In this document: positions 1 to 8,338 of the stretch, piece by piece
Layout: each line of letters starts with the position of its first letter
Position numbering within the stretch: position 1 is the stretch's first letter
Notes under the pieces: generated by a model
Told to the model about the DNA's origin: nothing
What the model saw: the letters and a program-made list of their open reading frames with translations, nothing else
Databases searched by the model: none
NCBI GenBank assembly: GCA_016756725.1
Contig: JAESII010000005.1
Coordinates: 78,996 to 142,995, forward strand
DNA from: Synergistaceae bacterium
Lineage (GTDB): Bacteria; Synergistota; Synergistia; Synergistales; Aminithiophilaceae
Reading direction: 5' to 3'
Length of the DNA stretch: 64,000 bases
Made by a program: the position numbers and the translations under genes

Positions 1-184
1 CGATCCAGCAGGGCATGGCGTGGATGTAGCAGTCCCTGCGGGGGTGGACGCCCGGTTTGGCCGGGAGCTCCACCAGCCCCTCGCCCTTGAGGCGCCACCC
101 CTCCTCGACGCCCGCCATGACCTCTCCCATGGTGATCCCCAGCGACTGGACGTTGTCCTGGGAAAGCCAAAGTGCCTCTGCCAT
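1..184 (-). CDS. Ornithine cyclodeaminase/mu-crystallin family protein (N-terminal part, runs off window)
   Basis: Manual translation of the minus strand from ATG 184: MAEALWLSQDNVQSLGITMGEVMAGVEEGWRLKGEGLVELPAKPGVHPRRDCYIHAMPCW. RBS GGAGGAG upstream. The 'P.K..+HP....+HAMP' pattern is typical of the OCD N-terminus. Confidence 0.7.
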   Translation of the reverse strand, partial: MAEALWLSQDNVQSLGITMGEVMAGVEEGWRLKGEGLVELPAKPGVHPRRDCYIHAMPCWI

Positions 185-353
185 CGTCGACTCCCTCCCT
201 TTGCGTGAAAATTCCAAAACAGCCTGATGGGCCTACTTTCCCTGCCTCGGGGCACCCTGTCAAGGCCAGCGGCCCTTGAGAAAAGGGAAGGGCCGGGCGA
301 TAATGAAATTCAGGATTGCATCCGTTGGAGACCTGCTGAAAAAAAAGGAGGAG

Positions 354-1361
354 ATGACCGTGTCGTCCAAGTTCCGCGTCTTAGCCCTGTCTCTCTGCTG
401 TGTGGCCCTCCTGGCCAGGGGAGCCTTTGCCGCAGGCAGCCTCAACGCCTACACCATCATGCCCGAGAAGTACGCCGCCCAGGTCTTCGAGGCCTTCACG
501 GCCGAGACGGGAATCAAAGTCAACTTCATGCGCTTTTCGTCCGGCGAGGCCCTCGCCCGGGTCGTAGCCGAGAAGGACAACCCCCAGGTCGACGTCATCC
601 TCGGCGGCCCCGCCGACACCTATGAGGCGGGCGTCAAGGAGGGCGTCTTCGAGGCCTACCGGCCCGCCGGAGCCGATGCCATTCCCGAGAGATTCCGTTC
701 CCCCGACGATTACTGGACGGGCCTGGGGATCATCCCCCTCGTCTTCCTGACGAACGCCAAGTTCCTCGAGGAAAAGGGCCTGGAGGCTCCCGCCTCCTGG
801 GAGGACCTCCTCGATCCGGCCTACCGGAACGGCCTCCAGATGGCCGACGCACGGACGTCGGGTACGGCGACGGAACGCATCTACTCGCTGGTGAGGATCA
901 TGGGCGAAGACGAGGCCTTCGCTTACCAGAAGAAGCTCCACCAGAACGTTCAAATGTACACCAAAAGCGGTGCCGGCGGGGCCATGCCCATCGCCACGGG
1001 CCAGGCCGCCTCGGGCATCTTCTACATCGTCGACGCCCTGGAGATCCAGCAGCAGGGCTATGACGTCGTGATCAGCTATCCCAAGGAGGGAGTCTCCTTC
1101 GGGATCGAGGCGACGGGCATCGTCAAGGGTGCCAAGAACATGGAGAGCGCCAGGGCCTTCGTCGACTGGGCCACGTCCAAGGCCTTCGCCCGGCTCCTCG
1201 TGGACCGCAAGATCAACTACATCCCGACTCGGACCGACGTGGAGTCCACCAACCCGGCCCTGGACATCTCGGGTGTGACCCTCATCGAGACCGATGTGGC
1301 CTGGAAGGGAGCCAATCGCCAGGCCTTCGTCGACCGCTGGATCAACGAGGTCATCAAGTAG
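354..1361 (+). CDS. ABC transporter substrate-binding protein (Fe3+/AfuA/FbpA-like)
   Basis: Signal peptide, 'FTAETGIKVNF', 'SSGEALAR..AEKDNPQVDV', 'PASWEDLLDP', 'TSGTA'; RBS AGGAGG before ATG 354. Confidence 0.85.
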   Translation: MTVSSKFRVLALSLCCVALLARGAFAAGSLNAYTIMPEKYAAQVFEAFTAETGIKVNFMRFSSGEALARVVAEKDNPQVDVILGGPADTYEAGVKEGVFEAYRPAGADAIPERFRSPDDYWTGLGIIPLVFLTNAKFLEEKGLEAPASWEDLLDPAYRNGLQMADARTSGTATERIYSLVRIMGEDEAFAYQKKLHQNVQMYTKSGAGGAMPIATGQAASGIFYIVDALEIQQQGYDVVISYPKEGVSFGIEATGIVKGAKNMESARAFVDWATSKAFARLLVDRKINYIPTRTDVESTNPALDISGVTLIETDVAWKGANRQAFVDRWINEVIK

Positions 1362-1383
1362 CCAGAGCTCGTCGCCCTGATCT

Positions 1384-1410
1384 CCCCGGTCGGAGGGCTT
1401 CTGACCGGGG
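1384..1410 (+). terminator. Intergenic hairpin after the SBP gene (mRNA-stabilising or partial terminator)
   Basis: Inverted repeat ccccggtcgga...tctgaccgggg. Confidence 0.45.
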
Positions 1411-1432
1411 CTTCATCCTAAGGAGTCCTCTC

Positions 1433-3133
1433 ATGGTCTTATCCGTCTTTTCCTCTCTGTCGGCGAGGTCCGATTCGCCCTTCCGCCGCGACCGGGCCCT
1501 CCTTCCGGCGCTCATCGCCATCTGGCTGGCACTGGGTCTTTTCGTGCTCTATCCCCTGTTCCGTCTTTTTCTCGTCACTTTCGTCACCGACGGCCGCCTC
1601 TCCTTCGCCAACGTGGCCGCCGTTCTCGGCAACTGGTACGATCGCCGGGCCTTCCTGAACAGTCTCTGGCTGGCGACGGCCGTTTCCCTGTCGGGCACCT
1701 TCCTGGGCTATCTCTACGCCTTCGCCGTGACGCGCATCCCCATGCCCATCTGGCTCAAAGGGGCCCTCGGAGCGGTGACGACGCTGCCCCTCATCTCGCC
1801 GCCCTTCACGAGCAGCATCGCCCTCACCTTGTCGCTGGGGCCCAACGGCATGCTCCTCAAGCTGCTCGGTCTGGGCCATCTCAACTTCTACGGCTTCTGG
1901 GGGACCTGGATCTCCGAGACGCTGACCTACTTTCCCGTGGCCTTCCTGACCCTCACGGCCGTCCTGGGTGCCATCGACCCCAACCTGGAGGATGCCGGTC
2001 TCTCTCTGGGGGCCACGCCGGGCCGGGTCTTTCGGACCGTCACCTTTCCCCTGTCGACGCCGGGAATTGCCAATGCGGTCCTGCTCCTTTTCGCGAGCTC
2101 CCTGGCTGATTTCGCGACTCCCCTTGTGCTGGGTGGTCACAGCTTTCCCGTTCTGCCCACCCAGGCCTACCTCCAGATCACGGGCCTCTACGACCTCCGC
2201 GGCGGGGCGGCCCTCTCTTTTCTCCTGCTCCTGCCGGCCATGGCCGTCTACCTGGCCCAGCGCTTCTGGGTGGGCAAGAAGAGCTACGTCACCATCTCGG
2301 GCAAGACGGGGAGCCGGTCGACCTACAAAAGCGTGGGACGGGCTGCCGAAGGGGCCGTCCTCCTTGCCTGCTTCGCCCTGGCTGCCTTCATCCTCTACCT
2401 CTACGCCATCATCCTCTGGGGGGCCCTCGTCCGGGTCTGGGGGGTCGACAACAGCCTGACGCTGGAGAATTTCCGCTACGTCTTCACCCACGGCCGGAAG
2501 GCCATCGTCGACACCCTCAAGATCGCCGCCGTGGCGACGCCCCTGGGCGGCCTCATGGCCGTCGTCGTCGGCTTCATCGCCCAGAGGAAGACCTTCTTCG
2601 GCAACCGGGCGATGGAATTTGTGGCCATGCTCAACTACGCCCTGCCTGGGACGGTCGTCGGCATCGCCTATGTTATCGCCTTCAACCAGAGGCCCATCGT
2701 CCTGACGGGGACGATGACGATCCTCGTCGCGGCCTACATGTTCCGCTATCAGGCCGCGGGCATCCGTTCCGTCATCGCCTCCCTCCACCAGATCGACCGT
2801 TCCATGGAGGAGGCCTCGGCGAGTCTCGGTGCCGGAACGACGCGGACCTTCATCCGCGTCACCCTGCCTCTCGTCGTCCCCGCCGTCCTCATGGGGATGC
2901 GCTATCTCTTCATTCACTGCATGACGGCCATCAGTGCCACCATCTTCCTCGTCTCTGTCCGATGGAGCCTGCTGACGACGCGCATCCTCGAGTGCATGAC
3001 GGAGCTTCAGTTCGCTCAGGCCTGCGCCTTTTCGGTGGTGCTGATCCTGATCGTCTTCGCCGCGACGGCCTGCATGGTCGGCCTGACCCGTCTGGCGACG
3101 CGGCGTATTTCCGGTGAAGGGGGGTCGGCCTGA
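1433..3133 (+). CDS. ABC transporter permease (FbpB/AfuB-like, duplicated TM domain)
   Basis: Two EAA-like loops (LEDAGLSLGA, MEEASASLGA) and many hydrophobic helices. Confidence 0.9.
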   Translation: MVLSVFSSLSARSDSPFRRDRALLPALIAIWLALGLFVLYPLFRLFLVTFVTDGRLSFANVAAVLGNWYDRRAFLNSLWLATAVSLSGTFLGYLYAFAVTRIPMPIWLKGALGAVTTLPLISPPFTSSIALTLSLGPNGMLLKLLGLGHLNFYGFWGTWISETLTYFPVAFLTLTAVLGAIDPNLEDAGLSLGATPGRVFRTVTFPLSTPGIANAVLLLFASSLADFATPLVLGGHSFPVLPTQAYLQITGLYDLRGGAALSFLLLLPAMAVYLAQRFWVGKKSYVTISGKTGSRSTYKSVGRAAEGAVLLACFALAAFILYLYAIILWGALVRVWGVDNSLTLENFRYVFTHGRKAIVDTLKIAAVATPLGGLMAVVVGFIAQRKTFFGNRAMEFVAMLNYALPGTVVGIAYVIAFNQRPIVLTGTMTILVAAYMFRYQAAGIRSVIASLHQIDRSMEEASASLGAGTTRTFIRVTLPLVVPAVLMGMRYLFIHCMTAISATIFLVSVRWSLLTTRILECMTELQFAQACAFSVVLILIVFAATACMVGLTRLATRRISGEGGSA

Positions 3134-4170
3134 TGGCTGTCCGTCTTGATCTCCAAGAGGTCTCCAAGGTCTTCCAGAAGGACCGCGAGTCGGTCCGCGC
3201 CGTCGACGCCGTCTCTCTCTCCGTCGACCCCGGCGAGATGGTCACCTTTCTCGGGCCCTCGGGGTGCGGCAAGACGACGACGCTGCGCATGGTGGCCGGT
3301 TTCGAGAGCCCTTCCGAGGGGCTCATCTCCCTCGACGGGAAGGACGTGACGCCCCTGCCCGTCAACCGTCGCGACATGGGCTTCGTCTTCCAGAATTACG
3401 CCCTCTTTCCCCACATGAGCGTCTTCGAGAACGTCGCCTACGGTCTGCGCGTCAAGGGGACGGCCGAGGGCGACATCCGGCGCAAGGTGCGGGAAGGGCT
3501 CGACCTGGTGGGTCTCCAGAAGGCAGAGCGCCGTTTCCCCAACCAGCTTTCCGGCGGCGAGCAGCAGCGGGTGGCCCTGGCCCGCGTCCTCGTCCTCGAG
3601 CCCCAGGTGCTCCTCATGGACGAGCCCCTCTCCAACTTGGATGCCAAGCTCCGCATCCACATGAGGACCGAGATCCGGCGCATCCAGAAACATCTCGGCG
3701 TCACCTGTCTCTATGTGACCCACGACCAGAGCGAGGCCCTCACCCTTTCGGACCGGATCATGGTCATGAACCGGGGCCGCGTCGAGCAGATCGGGACGCC
3801 CTTCGAGATCTACAGCGATCCCCGTTCCCTCTTCGTGGCCGATTTCATCGGCCAGGCCAACGTGATTCCCGGCAAGGTCCACTCCGTCGAGGGCGACCGC
3901 CTCGCCGTGTGTCTCTTCGACCGTCTTTTCCCGGTTCGGGCCGTCAAGGGCGAGACCTTCCGCCCCGAGATGGCCGTGGCTGTCGTGGTCCGTCCCGAAA
4001 ACCTGCTCCCCTCCGACGAGGGGCTCCCCGGCACGGTCCGTACGGCGACCTTCCTGGGCGGTCGCGTCGAGTACGAGGTTCTCCTTCCTTCCGGTCAGAC
4101 TGTCCTCTCCTCCGATCCCTATCTGCCGGGCCAGGCCATGCGGACGATGAGCGGCGGCAGCAGGAGATAG
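3133..4170 (+). CDS. ABC transporter ATP-binding protein (FbpC/PotA-like), C-terminus possibly truncated
   Basis: Walker A GPSGCGKTT, LSGGEQQR signature, LLMDEP, TOBE-like tail; overlaps the convergent gene by 52 bp. Confidence 0.9.
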   Translation: MAVRLDLQEVSKVFQKDRESVRAVDAVSLSVDPGEMVTFLGPSGCGKTTTLRMVAGFESPSEGLISLDGKDVTPLPVNRRDMGFVFQNYALFPHMSVFENVAYGLRVKGTAEGDIRRKVREGLDLVGLQKAERRFPNQLSGGEQQRVALARVLVLEPQVLLMDEPLSNLDAKLRIHMRTEIRRIQKHLGVTCLYVTHDQSEALTLSDRIMVMNRGRVEQIGTPFEIYSDPRSLFVADFIGQANVIPGKVHSVEGDRLAVCLFDRLFPVRAVKGETFRPEMAVAVVVRPENLLPSDEGLPGTVRTATFLGGRVEYEVLLPSGQTVLSSDPYLPGQAMRTMSGGSRR

Positions 4171-5186
4171 ACGGTGAAGAGGCGGACCAGGTGAAGGAGG
4201 CTCACCCTCAGGGGATCGCCGCCGAGGTCCTCGGTGATGGCCGCCAGCTGGGTGATGCCGCCCGGCGAGGTGGCGAGGAGGCAGGTCATGAAATCCCAGC
4301 CCGAAAGGCGACGGACCATGAAGGCGAGGGCGAAGCCCCAGAGGAGCATGACGGCCGTGATGGCCAGGGTGGGCAGGAAGATCCGCATCAGCAGGGCCAC
4401 CGTATCGGCAGTGGCCGTCAGGCCGATGATGGACCCGAGGCCGAGCTGGGCGACGTCGCGGCTGACTTTGGGCAGCCCCCTCATCGGAAGGGCGAAATAG
4501 GAGGCCACTCCCGTGAAGGCCATGGCTCCGACGAATCCCCCGGCCGGGATGGCGATGCCGTTTCCCACGAGGCCTCCCGAGACGGCCAGGGCGACGGCCG
4601 TCAGGAGGGGGCCGTCAGGCCGCCATTCCTCTTTCTTGGCGGGTCGGGGTTTCTTGCCGGGCGGGGTCCCCGCGCCGTCGACGAGCCGGAAGGTGGAGTA
4701 CTTCCGGGCGACGACGGGAATGGTGAGCATGGCCGAGGCGAGACGGCAGAACTGCATGATCGCCACCATGGCAGCGTCGGCGCCGAAGGTGAAGGCCAGC
4801 AGGCTCATCTCGGCCAGCCCCCCCGGCACGGTCCCGAGGAGGGCCGTGGCGAGGTCCATGCCGAAGAAACGGAAGAGGACCCAGCCGAGCAGGAGGGGGA
4901 GCGAGAGCCACCACCCCGAGGCGAGGAGGGAGACGACGCGCATCTCCTTGACGATCCGGTCGGCCTCCTTGGTCACGCGGAGGCCGATAAAAAGCCCCAG
5001 GATGATCTGAAGGACGACGCTGAGGCCGGCCGGGGCTTCCTGCGGGCCCCAGCCGGCGACGGCAAAAAAGGCCGCCGAGATCATGCCGCCCATCATGGGG
5101 GCGGCAGGCATCCTGACGGCCCTCATGAGGAGCCATCCGGGGACGGCGACGAGAAAGACCGATGAGACGGTGACGAGCCAGTTCAT
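4119..5186 (-). CDS. AbrB-family duplicated membrane protein
   Basis: Two repeats of 'TALL.T.PGG..E/QM....G.D...V..+Q/H..RL'. Confidence 0.8.
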   Translation of the reverse strand: MNWLVTVSSVFLVAVPGWLLMRAVRMPAAPMMGGMISAAFFAVAGWGPQEAPAGLSVVLQIILGLFIGLRVTKEADRIVKEMRVVSLLASGWWLSLPLLLGWVLFRFFGMDLATALLGTVPGGLAEMSLLAFTFGADAAMVAIMQFCRLASAMLTIPVVARKYSTFRLVDGAGTPPGKKPRPAKKEEWRPDGPLLTAVALAVSGGLVGNGIAIPAGGFVGAMAFTGVASYFALPMRGLPKVSRDVAQLGLGSIIGLTATADTVALLMRIFLPTLAITAVMLLWGFALAFMVRRLSGWDFMTCLLATSPGGITQLAAITEDLGGDPLRVSLLHLVRLFTVYLLLPPLIVRMAWPGR

Positions 5187-5271
5187 GGAGGGACCTCCGG
5201 AATCGATGTTGCCGTCTATCCTAACAGGTTTGTCCCCGACGATCCTGAAAGATCGTTCATCTCGGGGCCAT

Positions 5272-6390
5272 TCAGCTCAGGAAAGCCAGCAGCAGTCCCC
5301 CGGCCAAAACGGAGCCGATCTGACCCGATACGTTGGCTCCGACGGCGTGCATGAGCAGGAAGTTGCTGGCGTCGACCTGCTGACCCAGGCGCTGGACGAC
5401 GCGGCTCGACATGGGGAAGGCGCTGATGCCGGCGGCGCCGATCATGGGGTTGATCCGTTGATTCTCGCTGAGGAAGAGGTTGAGGACCTTCGCCGAAAGG
5501 ACGCCGCCGGCCGTGTCGAGGATGAAGGCCACCAGCCCCATGGAGATGATGAGGAGCGTTTCGGGGCGGATGAAACGGTCGCCGGTCATGACGGCGGAGA
5601 TGGAAAAGCCCAGAAGGATGGTGACGATGTTGGCCAGCTCGTTCTGGGCCGCCCGGGAGAGCCGGTCCGTACAGCCGCTGACGCGAAGGAGGTTGCCGAA
5701 CATGAGAAAGCCCAGGAGGGCCACCGAGGCGGGGGCGATGAGGCCGGCCACGACGGTGACGGCGATGGGAAAAGCGATGAGGCGCTTCCGGGAGATCTCG
5801 CGGTGGGCGTAGACCATCTTCATCGACCGCTCCTTGGCCGTCGTCATGAGGCGGATGACGGGCGGCTGGATGAGGGGGACCAGGGCCATGTAGGTGTAGG
5901 CCGCCACGGAGATGGGACCCAGCAGATGAGGGGCGAAGCGGTTGGAGACGTAGATCGACGTGGGGCCGTCGGCGGCGCCGATGATGCCGATCGAGGCCGA
6001 CTCGTGAAGGTCGAAGCCCAGCAGGAGGGCCAGCCCCATGGTGAGGAAGATCCCGGCCTGGGCGGTGAGGCCGAAAAGAAACATGCGCGGGTTGGCCAAA
6101 AGGGGCGTGAAGTCGCACATGGCGCCGACGGCGATGAAGATCAGCAGGGGAAAGAGCTCCGTTTCGATGCCGACGCGAAAGAGCATGGAGAGGGCCCCCT
6201 CGGTGAGGCCCTGGGTGAGGGCCGACGAGAGGGGCAGATTGACGAGAAGGGTGCCGAAGCCCATGGGCAGGAGCAGATTGGGCTCGAAATCCTTGGCGAT
6301 GGCCAGGTACATGAGGGCCAGGCCGACGCCGGTCATGACGACCTGCTGCCAGGTCAGGGCGATGAGGGGTGCGGCAAGGGATGAGAGCAT
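5272..6390 (-). CDS. oadB: Na+-translocating carboxybiotin decarboxylase beta subunit (OadB/GcdB/MmdB family)
   Basis: Motifs FEPNLLLPMGFG, SIGIIGAADGPTSIY, AAYTYMALVPLIQPP, NPMIGAAGISAFPMS, HAVGANVSGQIGS. Confidence 0.9.
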   Translation of the reverse strand: MLSSLAAPLIALTWQQVVMTGVGLALMYLAIAKDFEPNLLLPMGFGTLLVNLPLSSALTQGLTEGALSMLFRVGIETELFPLLIFIAVGAMCDFTPLLANPRMFLFGLTAQAGIFLTMGLALLLGFDLHESASIGIIGAADGPTSIYVSNRFAPHLLGPISVAAYTYMALVPLIQPPVIRLMTTAKERSMKMVYAHREISRKRLIAFPIAVTVVAGLIAPASVALLGFLMFGNLLRVSGCTDRLSRAAQNELANIVTILLGFSISAVMTGDRFIRPETLLIISMGLVAFILDTAGGVLSAKVLNLFLSENQRINPMIGAAGISAFPMSSRVVQRLGQQVDASNFLLMHAVGANVSGQIGSVLAGGLLLAFLS

Positions 6391-6599
6391 TTCGTCCGGG
6401 AGCCTCCTGTTCGACTGATGTCTTCAGTGATCTCGTTCCATTTCGCTCCTGATCGGACCAAAAGTCAAGGGTCTCACCGCCGTGGGCGCCGAGAGGCCGT
6501 CGCGGTGTCCCGGAGGAGAGGAAAGCCCCCGAAGACCCGGTCGGGGCCTTTGTTGTTCCTATTATGGAGTATTTCTCCGCAGGTTTACTAAGAGGCATA

Positions 6600-6628
6600 T
6601 TGTATGACTTCCGGTTCAGGAGTACGAT
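6600..6628 (+). promoter_or_regulatory. Sigma70-type promoter of the RiPP operon
   Basis: TTGTAT-17 bp-TACGAT about 80 bp upstream of the precursor ATG; RBS GGGAGG near 6692. Confidence 0.6.
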
Positions 6629-6706
6629 GAAAAATGTCCTCCGGCAGGATCCCGCCGTAACCGTCCGTTCCGCAGGATTCAGAAAGAAGATGGGAGGGGT
6701 CTCCCC

Positions 6707-6997
6707 ATGTCCGTCGAGAGCGCCCAGGATTTTCTGGACAAGGTCAAAAGCGATGACGCGTTCCGCCAGGCCCTTGAGCAGGCCGCCAGTGATGAAGCCC
6801 GCAAGAAGCTCGTCGCCGAGTCCGGATTCGATTTCACCAAGGAAGAGCTGAAGGAAGCCGCCGGCGTTACCGGCGGTCCTCAGAAGATCGACGAGAAGGA
6901 TCTTGAAGCCGTGGCCGGCGGCGGCGCAGCCGCCTGGGTCAGCGCCACGGGATCGGCCGCCGCCGGAGCCATCGGCGCCGCCGCCGCCGCCATCTAG
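6707..6997 (+). CDS. Nif11-like leader RiPP precursor (72-aa leader, 24-aa core)
   Basis: MSVESAQDFLDKVKSD..FR..L....GFDFTKEELK...DLEAVAGG matches Nif11-type leaders with a double-Gly cleavage site; core GAAAWVSATGSAAAGAIGAAAAAI at 6923-6994; first gene of the operon. Confidence 0.92.
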   Translation: MSVESAQDFLDKVKSDDAFRQALEQAASDEARKKLVAESGFDFTKEELKEAAGVTGGPQKIDEKDLEAVAGGGAAAWVSATGSAAAGAIGAAAAAI

Positions 6998-7087
6998 GTT
7001 TCCGCTCCGAAACAGCTGCCCTGCCGGGGGGCTTCTCGTGTTCACGATTCCGATGACATCCCGAAGGACCCTAAAGCGAGGTATCTC

Positions 7088-8338
7088 ATGGACACCCTTA
7101 CCGTTCCTGTCCTTTTCCGCGGCCAGAGTCACCGCTCCGCCAAGGTCTGCCTGGCCGGCGCGAGGCGGTCCCGGTCTCCCGAGGAGACATACGGAGCCGT
7201 TCGCCCTCTCATGGAGACCATCGGAGCCACCCGTGTCGCCGACATCACCGGCGTCGATCGGATCGGCATTCCCGTCGCGGCCGTCGTTCGCCCCCTCGCT
7301 CCCATTCAGGTCTACTCCTGGGGTAAGGGGACGACGCTCCTTCAGGCCAAGATCTCGGCCATGATGGAGGCCCTCGAACGGCACGGCGGCGAAAGAGCCG
7401 ACCCACCCTCGGTCCGCCTGCCCTATGACGCCCTTGAGGGGCCCAGGATCGCCCTGGAGGACCTGCCCCTCAAGAAGGACCATCTCTTCTCACCCCGTCT
7501 TCCGGAGCGCTGGACGGCAGGCTGGGACCTGATGACGGGCGAGGAGGTCTACGCTCCCCTCCAGCTCGTGCGCCTCTCCTTCCGCCGCGATCTGCCCGGC
7601 GAGACCGAGTCCTTCCAATGCACCTCCAACGGCCTCTCGGCGGGCAACAGCTTCGTCGAGGCCCTCTGTTCGGGGCTCTACGAATGCATCGAACGTGACG
7701 CCGTGACCTGCTGGGAGCTTCATAACCGCTCCCGGGGGCTGACCCTGCCGGGGCGGGTTGTCGACGCCGACGGCATCGACAACCCCGATCTGGCCGACCT
7801 CATCGCCCGCTGCCGCCGGGCCGACGTGGAGGTCCTTTTCCTGGACTGCACGGCCGACACGGCCGTCCCCACCTATGTCTGTTACCTCCAGGACCGGATT
7901 CATCCCCACTGGGGGCTCTATCACGGCAGGGGCACCCATCTCAACCCCCATATCGCCCTGAGTCGGGCCCTCACCGAGGCGGCCCAGGGACGGGCGGCCT
8001 ACCTCCTCGGCGGCCATGACGGCGCCTCCCTGGAGACCCAGGGAACGGTGGCCTTCGGGACGGGTGTCTCCCTGACCCTGAGGGCACAAGCCCTCGAGAA
8101 GGCACCCGCTCCCGGCGCGGACGAGGAATGTGACACCTTCGAGGAGGACGTCCACCTCATCCTGAACAGGCTGGCCCGGGTGGGCATCGGTCGGGCCCTG
8201 GTCTGGGACCTGACGGACCCGGACCTTGCCGTTCCCGTCATCCGCCTTGTCGTGCCCGGCCTCGAGGGATGGCGGATGCACCACTATGCCCCGGGCCGAC
8301 GGGGCCGCGCCTGCGCTGAAGGGGGGTGGAAACCGTGA
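7088..8338 (+). CDS. ycaO: YcaO-family enzyme (TfuA-associated, thioamide-forming type)
   Basis: GKG...AKISAMMEALER; TSNGLSAGN..EA..SGLYECIERDA ATP-binding motif; RALTEAAQ; C-terminal VVPGLE; adjacent to TfuA. Confidence 0.92.
   Translation: MDTLTVPVLFRGQSHRSAKVCLAGARRSRSPEETYGAVRPLMETIGATRVADITGVDRIGIPVAAVVRPLAPIQVYSWGKGTTLLQAKISAMMEALERHGGERADPPSVRLPYDALEGPRIALEDLPLKKDHLFSPRLPERWTAGWDLMTGEEVYAPLQLVRLSFRRDLPGETESFQCTSNGLSAGNSFVEALCSGLYECIERDAVTCWELHNRSRGLTLPGRVVDADGIDNPDLADLIARCRRADVEVLFLDCTADTAVPTYVCYLQDRIHPHWGLYHGRGTHLNPHIALSRALTEAAQGRAAYLLGGHDGASLETQGTVAFGTGVSLTLRAQALEKAPAPGADEECDTFEEDVHLILNRLARVGIGRALVWDLTDPDLAVPVIRLVVPGLEGWRMHHYAPGRRGRACAEGGWKP

Noticed and set aside
6420-6560. Na+ riboswitch upstream of oadB
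   Set aside because: Only a generic hairpin is visible and I could not match a riboswitch consensus by eye; needs an Rfam scan
7088-8338. YcaO + ThiF as a TOMM/azole cyclodehydratase system
   Set aside because: The core has no Cys, no dehydrogenase is present, YcaO lacks a Pro-rich C-terminus and is coupled to TfuA, and the ThiF keeps its ATP-binding motifs; oxazolines at Ser/Thr are not strictly excluded
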